This document shows positions 1-13,545 of a DNA stretch of 64,000 nucleotides, in pieces (position 1 is the stretch's first letter; each line of letters begins with the position of its first letter). A program made the translations under genes and the position numbers. A model generated the notes under the pieces. It ran no database searches and was not told the origin of the DNA. It worked only from the letters and a program-made list of their open reading frames with translations. Source of the DNA: Azolla caroliniana (taxonomy: Eukaryota; Plantae; Polypodiophyta); the NCBI GenBank assembly GCA_043228905.1, contig JBHGNT010000001.1, forward strand, positions 19,406,001-19,470,000, given 5' to 3'.

Positions 1-1461
1 CATAATTGATTTGCCCTGCGTCATTGCTTTTCTTCTTCCGATAGTGGTTCGCGACCACGTGTGGTGTCGATTTCCATTGGAATCGGAGTATTTGTTGGAG
101 ACATATTGAATGACTCCCTTGGGAAAGGCTTTGCTACGATTGAAGCGTAGGTGGGCTCCGATCTTGTTCGTGGCATTTGGAACTGACGTTCCAAACGTCA
201 TTCGAAGAGGCGATTATCGCATCGCACCATACGACTGATTGCTTTTGTCAATGACATTGGCTCCTCGGGGAAAGTTAAGAGTAAATCTTTAACATCATTA
301 CGTAGGCCAAAAGAAAATGGCTCCATTAGTGGCTGGTCATCCCAGGGAATATCGGTGGTGAGAAGACAAAAATCCGCAGCATCAGCCGAGGCCGGCTGCT
401 CACCTTGGCGCAATCTTCGGATTTTGTTGATTGTTGTATCTCCAAAACAGGCTTTAAACTCGGTAATAAACTCTTCGAAATTATTTAACAAGGGAGAGCT
501 TTTTTCTAACAAGGGGGCAAACCATGCCAAAGCCGTGCCACTAAGTAGAGTGCCTACTAGTCCCACTCGTGATACATCGGTGGGATATTGAGAAGGATGC
601 ATTTGAATGACTGATCGTACCTCATTAAGGAATCCTCTAAATTGCGATCGCGTTCCATCGAATTTCATGGGAAGGCCGATCTTGGGTTCTTTATGAATCC
701 CTTGCATACTGGGTCCTTGTTGCATCGCTTCTAAGGTTGCTTCGAGTTCTTGCACACGTACCACTAGTTCCCCATGTTGTTGTTGAGTCTGCTGCTTTTC
801 TAAGGAGATTTGTTGAAGATCCCCCAACAACCATTGATTTTCTTGTTCTAAAGCAAGGAACTTCTCTTTCAAGCATTGCAGCTCTGAGAAAACGGATTGA
901 TATTCTTGAGCGCTAACAGTGGCCATAGTATGAGAGTAAAGAGGAATAAGAGATTAGTATGAAGGAGGGATAAGTAAGAAGATAAAGGAAGAGAAGGAAG
1001 GAGAGAGAAATCGGTTCAAACTGTCAGGAGAAGTACTGTCAGGAATAGTACTAAGATAGAGAATGAATTAGTACTAAAAGATGAGGATTAGTACTAAGGG
1101 AGGTGTAGAACTCTTGAGAGAAGTAAAGAGTGAGTGAGTGAGAGAGAGAGAGAAAGAGAGAGAATGAGGATAACAGAAGATATATATTATGTTAAGGGAA
1201 TATACAATAGTAGCTAGGAGGCTTAAGACTTGCGTTTAACCGATTTGGTTCGAAATAATGCCTTGTGCCTCCTTTTATAGTGTTCTCAGGAGTACTCCTG
1301 AAGTTTTTAGAATGTTCTAGACAAATCTGGAATATACATCAATTTTCTATAGTAAAACTTAAATTAAAATAATATCTTTCGTATTACAACATATAGTTTA
1401 ATGGTCAAGAGCTACCTGTATAACATAAGGTCATGGGTTCAAGTCTTGCCATATCATGACA
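1..1461 (-). mobile_element. Tcn1-like Ty3/gypsy element copy 1 (5' LTR, self-priming PBS and gag; continues off the left edge)
   Basis: LTR 1022-1461 (TGTCA...TGACA, with a 15-bp duplicated end at 1022-1036) is homologous to LTR 32603-33040. Its gag closely matches 31378-32529. Confidence 0.9.
198..926 (-). pseudogene. Retrotransposon gag (PEG10/Tcn1-type capsid), premature stop before the zinc knuckle
   Basis: N-terminal coiled coil, KIGLPMKFDGTRSQFRGFL, LSGTALAWF, FGLRNDVKD. The frame continues past TGA toward PMEID and a CCHC remnant. Confidence 0.88.
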
Positions 1462-3685
1462 ACTAGGTCCATCTGGATTTCTTTCATCTTCTCTTGCTGC
1501 CGGTCATATGCCGACCGAAGCTTCTTGTGTTCGACGTCTACTTGCTTTTGGTCTTGGTGCAACTTTGCGAAATCCTCCGTTTTCTGTTTAAGGCATAGGT
1601 TGATTTGAGAGTGTGCCCGATCCTCCCGATCCTTCTACTACCGGATTTCTTCGTTCCGCCGCTCTATTTCCGTTTCCGCCATTCTCCGGAGCTTATCCTT
1701 TTCTTGCAAAAGTGTTTCTCTTTCCTCCTTCAACCGGTCATTATGTGCGTGACGTTTTCGGAGATTTTCCTCTAGTCTCTACTTCTCTTCCTCGGATGTT
1801 TGCTTCTATGCTCTCTCTCATTCTCGCAATGCTTCATGAGTGGGGAGTTCTTCCCTTAAGGTTAATAATTCCTTTTCTCGCTCTACGACTTTTTCTGGGG
1901 TTGTACTCACTACCGGTTGTGCCTCTGTTCCCGGAGCTTCCTTTTGTAGAGTAGTCGGTGGCACGGACTCCATTACTGCGCTTGTAGTTTGCCCCTTGTT
2001 AGCCATGATGGCCGTGCATTCTTTGGCCCTTTTTAATTCTTCTCCCAAGCTTTGGATCTATGCCTGCGTCTTCCCTGCTTCAGTTGTGGCTACCAATCGC
2101 TCCACCTGACTACCAACTTTCCATTGTTCTTCCTCCAGTTGGTCGGCAACACAGGATACATGCTCTCCGAGCCATTTCAACCATTGCCGACAACGAATGG
2201 TTGCACTTACTCTGGTCTTAGTTCGTGCTCTTTTCTGAACCATTGGGTCAAGGGCTGCACTGTCTGCTTCGGACGACGTTCCTGGTGCTGTTGTTCTTGA
2301 AGGCCCAATGAGGTCTGACTTTCTGTAATTGGTTCCTACTGAACTGTTGTCACTGCTTTTGGCCTTATTTCCAACTCTTCCTCCATCCTAGGTTCTACTA
2401 CCACTGAGTAGGTCATTGGGGTGCAGTCCAGCTTTGGACCCGATCCTTCCCCATGTTGCTTTGTGTCACACTTTCTTGGCCGATGCTAGAGGGTTTTGGT
2501 TGGTTCTTCTTCTAACTCTTCCTTCATGGTTTCTGGGTTCATCCTTAGGACCAAATCATTCGTGTCGTGTCTTTGTCTTATCGGCATAGCTTGATTTTAA
2601 TTTTTTTGGCCGTTTTTTCCTAAGCAAGCTCCACCGCCTCCTGTCTCCGGGTCCTCTATGTTTCTTCTAGTTGACATGCTTCCCCATCCGTCCATCTGGG
2701 GTTGTGCTTTGACAAGAGTTGCTGCTGTTTGAATGCTTTATTCAGTGTGGTTTCTGGTTGGGCCCGTTTCTTCTGATTTATGGTGTGTGTTGGGGGTACT
2801 AATTGGGTTAGCCAGTGTGCTAACCCACACCAGGCCTTCTTACCATCTACGACTGCTTGGATGTCTGCTCTTAATGCATATGCCCAGTCTACTTTGATGC
2901 CTTCGAATGTGGCAATGATAAAACTGGCTCTGTTCTTTGGCATGGCCAGTGGGCGAAGGTGCACAAAACCTTATTCTAACAAAAACATGAGCCACCTCCC
3001 TAAACAGGGGGTTCTCGCCACCCTGTGTACAGTACGCTTTGCTGGCGAGGGAATACTCCCCAAAGTATTCTATCAGGACCTCTGTGGAGGGGTTTTCTAT
3101 GGAGTACAGTCCTTCGGCAGGCAATCCTACGAGGGCCTGCACAGTGCATTCGGATATTTCTTCAAGGTCTATGATGGCAGTGAGCTGGTTCTTCGTGTGG
3201 TGGCGCCTCTGCCACCCGAAGGAAACCTTCCAGTCTGTGCTTGATGAGCCAGTCCCTTGTCGCGGTCGAGAGTGCCATCAGTCTTGTGTCTTCTTCTTCA
3301 CTTGCACTGTTGTGGTTATGTGCTTGGGGTTGGTTGGTTGGTTGTGCTTTTCTGGAAATCTGTGTGCTCTATTGCGCTCTCAAAAGTCGTCTTTCGCGAA
3401 ATGACAAGTTTTTGGTGATCCGGTCATTTTGTATCCCCATTGTTCCAACCACCTTTTCTTGATTCCCGTGCATGCATGTCGTGTAGGATTATATGAGTAC
3501 GCCACGTGGTATGCTTTAAAGGGCTGATGTCACATCTTTTCATGGTAGCCATTCATAATATCGAATCGTATCCTTGATGCTTTAAAGGCTTTTTTTTCTT
3601 CATGATTAAAAGACTACTGGTCCATCGTACCTGAAGATACCGGCTCCATTGTTGGCGCAAGTCCTTCCGTGCCAGTCTTCGGTTG

Positions 3686-4438
3686 TGTTAGGAAACAGGT
3701 TCCTCCAGATGGGAAGTGAGAAGAATAGTACTGCTGAGCAAACTCGGCTGAGGCCGATAGGCCTTGGCCGAAACCGGATGTGGAGTACCCGGCTACGGAA
3801 GACCCGGTGAGAACCGGATGTGGTGTACCCAGCAAGCGCCGGATGACGAGTACCCGGCTACGGAAGACCCAGTGAGAACCGGATGAAGAGTACCCGGCTA
3901 CGGAAGACCCGGTGTGAACCGGATGAGGAGTACCCGGCAAGAGCCGGATGGTGAAGGCCCGGTGAGAAGTGCTCACCGGATGAAGGGACATATTTGTAAA
4001 TATGTTTCTGAGAGTCCATCGGGGCTATATTTGTAAATAGCCAAAAAGTCATATTAGTATAAATATGACTTAGGGAAAACAGAGAATATAGTTGTTGTCA
4101 TTCTTGTTGGTGCAAGACTAGAGAGCGCGTAACAATGTACACAGAGAGAGAGAGAGAGAGAGGAAGAGGTCGTTGCCTCTGTTGTAACCGCCGCCTGTGG
4201 CGAAGATTGTGAGCACGAGGTTGTTGCCTCCGTGAACTCATTGTTGTAATCATTGTGATATAGTGATAGTTTGGAGTCGGTGGACTCCCGTGGTTTTTCC
4301 CTCTCAGGGGTTTCCACATTAAACATCCTGTGCACTCTTCTCTTACCTTTGTGTCGTGTGCTCATTCCCCGTTTTCTGTGTTTGATTCTAAGCTCGGCCG
4401 AGGCCGAGCGTTACGCAGGGAGTGCGTAGTTCCTGTCA
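3686..4438 (+). mobile_element. Solo LTR of a copia (Angela/Tork-like) family
   Basis: TGTTAGG...CCTGTCA flanked by perfect TSD GGTTG. TATAAAT at ~4059. The GTGGTTTTTCCC...GGGTTTCCAC motif is shared with LTRs at 34283, 37936, 39872 and 50045. Confidence 0.9.
3774..3983 (+). repeat. ~39-bp CCGG-rich tandem repeats in LTR U3
   Basis: Repeated CCGGATG.GGAGTACCCGGCTACGGAAGACCCGGTGAGAA units. Confidence 0.8.
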
Positions 4439-6550
4439 GGTTGTTGGAACAGATCCTTCTGCATTGGTCCTTGGTAGGGTTGTAACTGGAAACCATTCAC
4501 CCACTTCTCCAATACTCCGTCGGCTAGCATGCCTAGTTGGTATGATCCCTTGAATTCCCTAGTAATCCAAAACGGTCCGGTCCACGAGAACCGCAGCTTC
4601 CCCGACATCTTACCCATTATGGTATGGAAAACAGGCACCTACTTCCCAATGCCGAATTCCTTCTCGTTTCCCCGTTTGTGCCGGTCCACAAAGGCTTTCC
4701 TCTTGTGTTGTTCGAGTTCCAATTGCAACACACTGGCTATCTGGTGTTCTTCTAGTTCGCATAGTGTTGCCAACCGGATCGTTTCTGATTCCTTCTTGCT
4801 TAACCGTTCCTGGACCTGTATCTGTAAGCTAGGAATTTGAAATTCCATAGGCATGAGTGTCTCTAATCCGAAAGCCAATCGGAACAATGTCGTCTGGATG
4901 CTTGTTTTGTAAGCCTTCGATATGCCCATAACACGTTGTGTAGTTTCATTTCCTAGTCCGTACAGTTCTCATTGACGATCTTCCAGAGAATATTTTGCAG
5001 TGTTTTGTTTGTGGACTCCGCCAATCCGTTGCTTGCAGATAGTAAGGTGTGTTGTGTTTATGCACTACCGCGTAGAACGACGTCAGGCTTTCCACGACTT
5101 GGCCCAGGAAGTGACCGCCTTGGTCACTAATGAGCTCGATCGGGCACCCGTACCGGCACCATATGTACTCATACAAAAATTTCATCGTTGATGCCAAGGT
5201 GTTATTCCTAAGCGCTATAGATTCCACCCATTTTGTGTAGTAATCAGTCTCCATGATAATGTACCAATTTCCCGTCCGCATCGCCCAAGGCTTGAATGGC
5301 CCCACAAAGTACAATCCCCATTTTTGAAAAGTTGGTTCAAGGGGCAATACGGGTTGATGGGGCATCCGTGCTTGTTCCGTGGGTTGACCCATCCCTTGGC
5401 TTAGATCACATTCTTTACAAAACCGGATCGAGTCCTTCAAGGTTTTCGGCCACCATAGCCCATTTCTCCAATATTTCCGGGCGGTGACGTCTCCAGCATA
5501 GTGGCCTCCGGCAACGCCACAATAGGCCTCTCTTAAAATTGCTTCCTTTTCGTCACTCTTTGTTGGGTACACCATCATCTAATGGGGAACAAGATCAACA
5601 TTCTTCTAGGATAAGATCGTAAATGGATGCAAGTTCATAGCTTTGATGGCAGCGAAGACAGAAAAGAAACCAACTAGTACGCAAGAGAGAGAGAGAGAGA
5701 CTTAGGCACCATGTCAAGAGTGTATTACAACTTAACGTGAACCCCACCTAACTAGGTTACAAAGTCAGTTTATATACTGATTGGCTTAGGGAAACTACCC
5801 TTCTCACTATTTACATAAATAGCCTAAGCCTAGTGTGTACAAAAGGAGATAATGTGAATACGTCCATTAGAAGCCCGTATTCAAAACTCCCCCGTAATGG
5901 GAGTATACATCGGAAATCTATAGACCAAAATGAATGTATACAGTTTGATACAAGGTTTACGAACAATCGAGAATTCGTTCGAGTCGGTGAGCTCTGAAGA
6001 GTAGAAGGCCGGATTAGCCGAGTTTGGAGAGACTGAAGTCGAAGTTCGAACTATCCAGTTCTATTGTCTGAGATATGTCCTGAGTGTCCGATTTAATCGG
6101 ACTGATTCTTCATTACGCCCATTCGATGCCGAAGGGATCGAAATTGATCCGCCGGGAGATAGTTGGTCATTGCATCCGCAACATTGTCGGTTGTAGGTAC
6201 CTTCTTGTTACCCGTAGGAGTTGTACGGGGCGGTATAAGGGTAAAACACATTAAAGGGGTTGTTTGGTATGTGTAATGTATATGAGTGTGAGGATGAGTA
6301 TGTGTAAGCACATGCTCAATTATGTGCATGTGACAAGAATGTAACAGTCTCTTTTTGTAACGAACATATTATTTACCGTTACATTATGTACTATAAGAAC
6401 CCCTTATGGGGACACATAAGGAATAGTTTTTTCCCTTCTCATTTGGTGTCATTTCTGATTTGTCTTTTCTCTTGCTCTCTCTCTAACTTAACCCCCTTGG
6501 GAGGGGGGTGAAGCCATTCTAGGCTTCACCGCCCACCCCAACAACACTTT

Positions 6551-6568
6551 TGGCATGCCCGGTGGGAC
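6551..6568 (+). promoter_or_regulatory. Primer binding site, tRNA-Arg(UCU)-type
   Basis: TGGCATGCCCGGTGGGAC, 4 nt after the LTR CA. It is complementary (one C>T change) to the plant tRNA-Arg(UCU) 3' end as recalled (GTCCCACCGGGCGTGCCA). Confidence 0.8.
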
Positions 6569-8363
6569 CAATGCAAGTATAATATGCTCAACATGCCCAC
6601 ACCTGTAGTACGGCATATGGAGCCACAACAACAATCTCGAAGGAATGATTCAGGACGGTAGGAGGAACGTCCCTGGTATATAGACTGGAATCAGCGCATG
6701 GAGCGTCAGTATCATAAAAACCACAACACCGACCCGTACTCCAATGAAAAAGATCACAAAGAGGAAGATTATCGGAGTACCAACCGATACAATCGTGGGG
6801 GGCATCGTTACAACAATCGACGACCTACAAACAATTGCTGAGGATTCAACGGGGGCCGTTCAAACGGACACAATCGACCACATAAGGACCAATCTCATTA
6901 TGACGAAAGTTCAGAGGACGACCGTCGCCAAGACCCACAACAAGAATACCTTCAACAACCTCGGAATAAAAGGAAACTCTGGCATAACTAGGACGAACAA
7001 GGAGTACCAGAGGAAACTAATACACCCCCGGAAGTGGAGAGAGGCGAGTCCAGCGTACACGGTTTCGTGTGTCAACAACTCGGTCATTACGCAACGCAAT
7101 GCCCACGTCGAAAAGGAAAGGAGACAGTCGTGAATACCATCACGACAAAAGTTCAACAAGTCACAACATGGTAGCAGGCGAAGAACGTAGATTGGGCAGA
7201 ACAAGATGAGATACGCAAGGAAGCCCAAGCTTGGGTAGAAAAAGCAAATGCGACAAATGCGGAACGAATGAAGCACAATTCCACAAATGACAGTCTGCCA
7301 ATGAAAGAAAATACATCCTCACCGGATCCCATATGGCAAGCTTTGGCGAACTGTGAGAAAACAATGACCATGGATAAGTTTCTCTAATTGGTGCCTCGAT
7401 TCCGGCAGGTCGTGGAAAATCACATAAGGGGCACCGCCGGATTAGATGTCTCAGCAATATTTGTGGAGTCTAGTACAGGCCCAACAGTCGTAGATCATCA
7501 CAATCCAGCCATTAAGTTAGTATTGCAAGGACAGGAAAGCTCGAGATGTATCATTGATGGGGGATCCGATGTTAATGTCATCAGTATGAATACATCCGCA
7601 CGACTAGGCATTACAAGTTGGGAAGCATTCCCTTTCTGGCTCCGCATGGTGGACACCTGCTTTGTCAGACCCCTAGGGTTAATTCGGAAACTAGGCATCA
7701 TCGTTGCTAGCCATCGCTTGACATCTCTGCGGTAGTGCTTGCCCTAGACGCCCCGAGAGCATACCATATATTGCTCGGGAGACCTTGGCTATGCTCCGCC
7801 AACATAAAACAGAATTGGCAGCATAATTGTACCAGCTTCTGGTGAGACCGAAGCAAAGTTCGCGTGCTCACTTAGGAAACGGTGGCGCCAACCAAAGGCA
7901 TAATGCCAATATATGCGGAAGATATAAATATGTTGGAAGAAGTAGATGATACAAAGCTGGAGGCGTACCTGGAGGATCACCTACATATCGTTCCATTATT
8001 CGAAATTGACATAACAGAAACCGTTGCGGAATACGCCCCACCTAATACACTGCAGGAAGTTGCATACGAACCAAACCCGGAGTCCCTGATGGAGTTAAGT
8101 AGAGCACGCACAACGTTCAAGTCACCGCTGCGGAATTAGAAGAAGTCAATATCGGAACCTCGACTACTCTCAATTGTGAAGGATTTGGTCCCAAGTGAGA
8201 AGATGACAATAATCGAGTTGCTCAAGGAATATAAGGATGTTTTTGCATGGTCACATGAGGACTTGCAGGAGTTGGATCCCAAATTTTATTAGCACAAGAT
8301 CAACTTGTCCACCGACGGGAAACCAGTGCAATAGCGTCACTATCGGATGAACCCGAATTACGA

Positions 8364-9011
8364 TGTCGTGTTATCCTGCACGCGTAGGAGAAACCTAGGC
8401 GGGACCGCGGGGGCCCTGAACCGGGGAATGACTAAGCAGAGGGAGGCATGCTACGAAACCACAGCTGAGCCGTGTACACAGATACATAGAGAATTCACAA
8501 ACAAGGTTGAACAACGAGTACTTGGCAAATGTATATATATATGTATGTATGATCGAGATTACAGCTGACTAGCTAGTAAGTGCCAACTCTATGACACCAA
8601 CTCACACAATGCACACGACAACAAGAGATGGAGCCCTTGCCGGAAGCACTCGGGCTTTCCACGAAACACAGGCAGCCTCCCAAACCTTGCAGAGAATGCT
8701 GACAGACAGAGGAGAAGAGCTCGGTTCGAGTCCGACAACACTTAGTCCTCGACTTCGCGATCCCCCCTCAGCCCCTTTTCCCTCTCCTTTTATAGCACAA
8801 GGAGAGAGAGAGATGTTACAGACCGTTACATCACTTTTATTCTCTGTCCTTTCGGACAGAGATCCTCTTCAATTCCCTACCTAATGAATTCGTGCTACCT
8901 AGAATAATTACATCGTCGACCTGTAAATACATCAAACATGTGCCCGTGTGTAAGGGCCAGTTCACGCACACTATCCATGGATTCCTCCTAGGGATGGTTT
9001 TCTCCATGACA
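8364..9011 (-). mobile_element. Solo LTR of gypsy family Z inserted in B pol
   Basis: TGTCGTG...CATGACA with imperfect TSD ACG(C)A; it splits RMNPNY|AVRVKEEIDK. It is the reverse-complement homologue of the LTR at 61902. Confidence 0.85.
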
Positions 9012-11421
9012 ACGCAGTTCGTGTAAAAGAAGAAATTGACAAAATTCTAAAAGCAAGGTTTATCCGGCCAGTGAAGCAGACCATGTGGCTGAGCCCAATA
9101 GTCGTGGTACCAAAGAAAAATGGTAAAATCCGCATTTGTGTGGATTATCAGAAGCTCAACGCCGTAACGATAACATACGCATTTCCCTTACCCTTCACCA
9201 ATAGCGTACTAGACGCGGTCGTGGGCCATGACATGTATAGTTTTCTAGATTGTTTTGGCGGATACAATCAAGTACACATGCACCCTGAAGACCAGGACAA
9301 GACTGCGTTTGTCACAGAGTAGGGTGTTTTCGTCACTGTGGTCATGATGTTTGGGCTAAAGACGACACCTGCCACGTTCCAGCGAACAATTACGGAGATT
9401 TTTGGGGAGTCCATACCCACCTTTATGTAAGTCTTTCTTGACGATTTCGCAGTATATGGAACACGAGGCGACCATTTGGGCCATCTCCGAGTTTGTTTGG
9501 AGTGTTGTCGTACGTCACATCCCAGCCTTAATCTGGCCAAATGTGCATTCGGCGTCACAAGTGGGGCACTTCTCGGACACATCGTAAGCAAGGAAGGGAT
9601 AGTTGTGGATCTGAACAAAATCACGATGATCATTGAAGCAAAGACTTTGACTAATGCCAAAGCCCTCAACCGCTTCCTGGGTCAAATACGTTGGCATAGC
9701 CGCATTTTACAGTACTTCGCGGAGTTTGCGACCCCATTACACGCCACCATACATCGAACGCCCTTCAACTGCACGACAATAGAAGAGAAAACCTACGGCA
9801 CACTTAAGATAATGTTAACCCAAACACCAGTCGTACAACCACCAAATTGGACTAAACCTTTTCATGTCTATGTGGATGCCTCAGATATAGCAATAGGCAA
9901 CACATTAATGCAACTAACAGAGCCGAGTTGGCATAGACGGTTCTATTACGCCAGTCGTAAAACTATCAACCGCCGAGAGAAACTACTCCACAACTGAGTG
10001 TGAAACCTTGGGGATGATATATAACATCAACAAATTCCGGCATTATCTACTAGGGCGCAGATTTACGTTTCACGTAGATCATGTAGCGTTACTGTATCTA
10101 GTTCAGAAACAGGCGCAGATTTACGTTTCACGTCTTTTTGACTACGGGACTACCACCTCTGTAGCTAAGGACGGATGAGAAGAAACGGCTAGCTGTCTAG
10201 AGTCGTACCTTTTGCCTGGTTGAAGGGTCCTTTACCACAAGGGCATCAACGGGATCTAGCGACGCGGGATACGCCAGGATGAAAAGGAAGCCGTTCTGTG
10301 CGAAGGTCATTGCGGTACGGCCGGGACATTACGCCGGCTATGTTACGGCCCGAAAAATATGGCAAGCAGGGCTATGGTGGCCAACTACGCAGAAAGACAC
10401 GTATCAAGACTATAGACAGTGTGATCTATGTCAATAGTTGGGGCAACCTACGGAGCTCGCACGGATGCCGCACCAACCGGTTCTTCCGCTGGATCCATTC
10501 CGGAAATGGGGTCTGGATTTTGTCAATCCCTTTACGCTGGCAACGGCATGGACGGGCAATAAGTACATTCTTGTAGCCACGGATTACTACACTAAGTAGG
10601 TAGAAGCAAAAGCGTTATGGGATAATACGGCGGCATCCACGGCAAAATTTCTTTACGAATACATTTGGTGTCGTTTTGGTTGCCCAATCGAGCTCATCAG
10701 TGATCAAGGGAGCCACTTTCAGAATTCGGTCATCTACGAGCTAACACACCATTACGTCGTAGTGCATAAGAAGAGCATGTCATATTACTTGTAGGAGAAT
10801 GGGTTAGCGGAGTCCACAAACAAGACCTTATAGACCATAATGACAAAGATCGTGAATGAGAATAGGAGAGACTGGGATACCAAGCTGCACAGCGCCTTCT
10901 AGGCATATCAGACGAGTTACAAAACTAGCGTACAGTCCACACCCTTTCGGCTCGCATTTGGGTTAGAAGCCGTAATGCCCATCGAATTCCAGGTGCCCAG
11001 TTTGAGAATTCAAGTACGAGACCGACTGTCAAAAGGCAAGTCCAAGCAAATACGGCTACAACAACTTCTCAAATTAGGCGAGGCTCGGGTCCATAGTATG
11101 GCCGTACTCGAGCAAGAGTAGCGATGGCGTAAAGCATTCATGGATCGACATCAGGGCACACGGGAGAAATACTTTGCTGTTGGGAAGGCCGTATTGGTCT
11201 CTCAAACACCCATGGGTCAAATGCCAGGTAAGTTATGGTTCCGCTGGACAGGGTTGTATTGGATAGTTGGAGTGGAAAATGGCACCTTCCAATTGGGTAC
11301 GCTCGCTGGAGTTATACTTCGGCAAAAAGTGAATGGGTTCCGATTAAAACCTTATCTGGGACCTACGCCCCCGAACCCGTTCCACGTTGTAACTAACACC
11401 GTAGAGAGGTCCCTACACTAA
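9012..11421 (+). pseudogene. gypsy pol remnant (RT, RNase H, integrase without chromodomain)
   Basis: ORF fragments 9071, 9476 and 11140 carry RT/RH/IN motifs; many stops and frameshifts. Confidence 0.9.
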
Positions 11422-11738
11422 TTAGTAGCTAGGACCCACGTGTAATAAAATGTAACAGTAATATTGTACTTTACCATTAAAGAAAAAGAGAGAATAGTCA
11501 TGACTATTAAAAGGTGTTTATGCATGCACAAACTTCAAGATCAAGCACACACGGCACCACGATGTCACACAGGCCTATGGACCCTAGAGCACAAAAACAG
11601 GCAAAAAGAAGGTTTTCTGCACACTACAAAAAACAGAATAACTCTCCTCGCCCTTCTCGCTCCCCAACATACCACAGAGTCCACAATCACTGTGTCTTGA
11701 GAACTTCACCTATTCTACACAAGCCTTTTCCACCCACG

Positions 11739-13545
11739 ATGCTAGTCCCCATCTCTGCAACGTTACGTAGGTGGCTCCTGGAAGAGGGTTTTGAGGGGTA
11801 CATCAGAGTCGCAGAGACACCATCACACCTTGATGCCCTCGACATCGCCAAAAAGCTCAACGTGGGCACGGTGACAAACGCCACTATTCGGAAAAAATTG
11901 GACCTATCTCCGATTGGGAGAAACACTTCGACATTCCTCCTACAGAAACCCTAGAAGAATATTTTGGGGAATACTCCGTATCAGCCAAGGCATACCGAAC
12001 GAAAGACATCCCGAATCCATTCTTTTGGGAAATAGCCAAGTTCCTACTTGAGGTTAGTTGCGTGTAGGTCAACGTGTACGGGATGCCGAAACAGAAGGCA
12101 GGCATTATCATTGATACATTCGAAGGGCACGCAGTTCATTGGGGAGTGAATACAGGACCAACGCTGAGAGAAGGCATGCACGCATATCAGGCCGGCAAAA
12201 GGCTAAGACCGATTATACAACAGTACCTTACAATATTGTTTCCGCCTTGCAGTCTACCTGCCCCGCCGCCCAGTAAACCTATGCCTTTGCCACGATCCTC
12301 GAAACGACGGTTATCAGAATTGGTAACCACGGAATGGGAAGAGGAGCCACAACCTTCCCACCCCGCAGCACAATCAGTGCAGCTGGAACAACCAGCAAGG
12401 TCGGTCGAAGCACCAACAACAACAACGGAGCAACAAACGGAACAAAACCACGAAAGCCCCAAGCCAAAACGGCGAAGATTAGATCGAAAGGATGGCTGCG
12501 GATTGGTCAAAGACACAGCTGCGTCAATCGACACTTCCGCCCCTACGGAGCACATAACTACAATGGACATAATCCGGGATCCACACCCGATCATTACGGC
12601 TCAGTCGCAGCATGACAAAGGAGTGCTCATAGCGGAAAGCGAAGTCCTCAAATACCCAGACATCCCAGATATGGCCCATGAGTTCGGCGCATTGTTACAG
12701 TTTGGGATGACTTACAAACTCATGGAATTTTTGGCGACACAACAGATTAAGGTGTCCCAGAGAATGACCGAGGAGCATGCCGAATAGCAAACGATTGAGC
12801 ATGTGTTGACGAGAATGACAGAAAGCAACGATGAGGGACCCCTTGCCAAGATAGGCAGACAGCGGAACACGGGGATTCGCCGCATGGGCATTGAATACGG
12901 CCCTACATAAGGAGTTGGCCATAGTTAGTATAGGAGCCAAAGATATGGCTATAAAAAATAAGAATGTCTGGAAAACAGTTAAGCTGACTCAAACCTAACT
13001 ACAGAAGGCCCAAGAGCGCATTGCGGAATTAGAACACAGTATAAATGGCATCCAACGATGACACAACAACGAATCTACGAGAGGAGGTCGAAGCACAAAC
13101 CGCCATCGCCGCGAAAGAAAAATGAGCCACGCAGCTACCCATGTCTGAGATTGACCGCCTCCGTGCAGAACTACGCCAATCATTGGACGGAGAAGAGCAA
13201 CCCAATTCGAACAACCCACCAGAGGTGACCACTACGCTTGTTAATGTTACGGAAGAAACGGACTGGGAAGAGCCCCGTCTGACCACTTGCCCACAGACTG
13301 AAGAGCCCACGCCAGAACCTCGGAGGAATGATCCGGACGTCGAACCAATTGAGCCGACCCTGATCACGCAGAGTGCAGATGACAACATGGGAACTCACAC
13401 ACCGGCCGAACGTGGTGAAGTGGACGACACGCAATTGGAGGAGCCCGTCGAGCAAAACAACGAAGCATCTACGGTCTTCACGCCATTTCCGGACCAGGCC
13501 GTACGGATGGAGCCGAACATCCTGGACATTTTGAACGATGACTAG
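11739..13545 (+). pseudogene. Accessory ORF downstream of integrase (conserved N-terminal domain, disordered linker, coiled coil)
   Basis: WLLEEGFEGYIRVAETPSH, EYFGEYS, MPKQKAGIIIDTFEGHAVHW; two further homologues in this window. Confidence 0.75.

Larger units (their letters stand above)
1462..5580 (-). mobile_element. Degenerate non-chromovirus gypsy 'A' fragment: integrase (4440-5578) plus accessory ORF remnant (~1462-3260)
   Basis: Integrase HHCC/DDE remnants (GHYAGDVTARK, WWP, CKECD, LISDQGGHF, WTGPFWI). The downstream ORF is homologous to 11739-13545 and 54000-56408. Confidence 0.85.
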
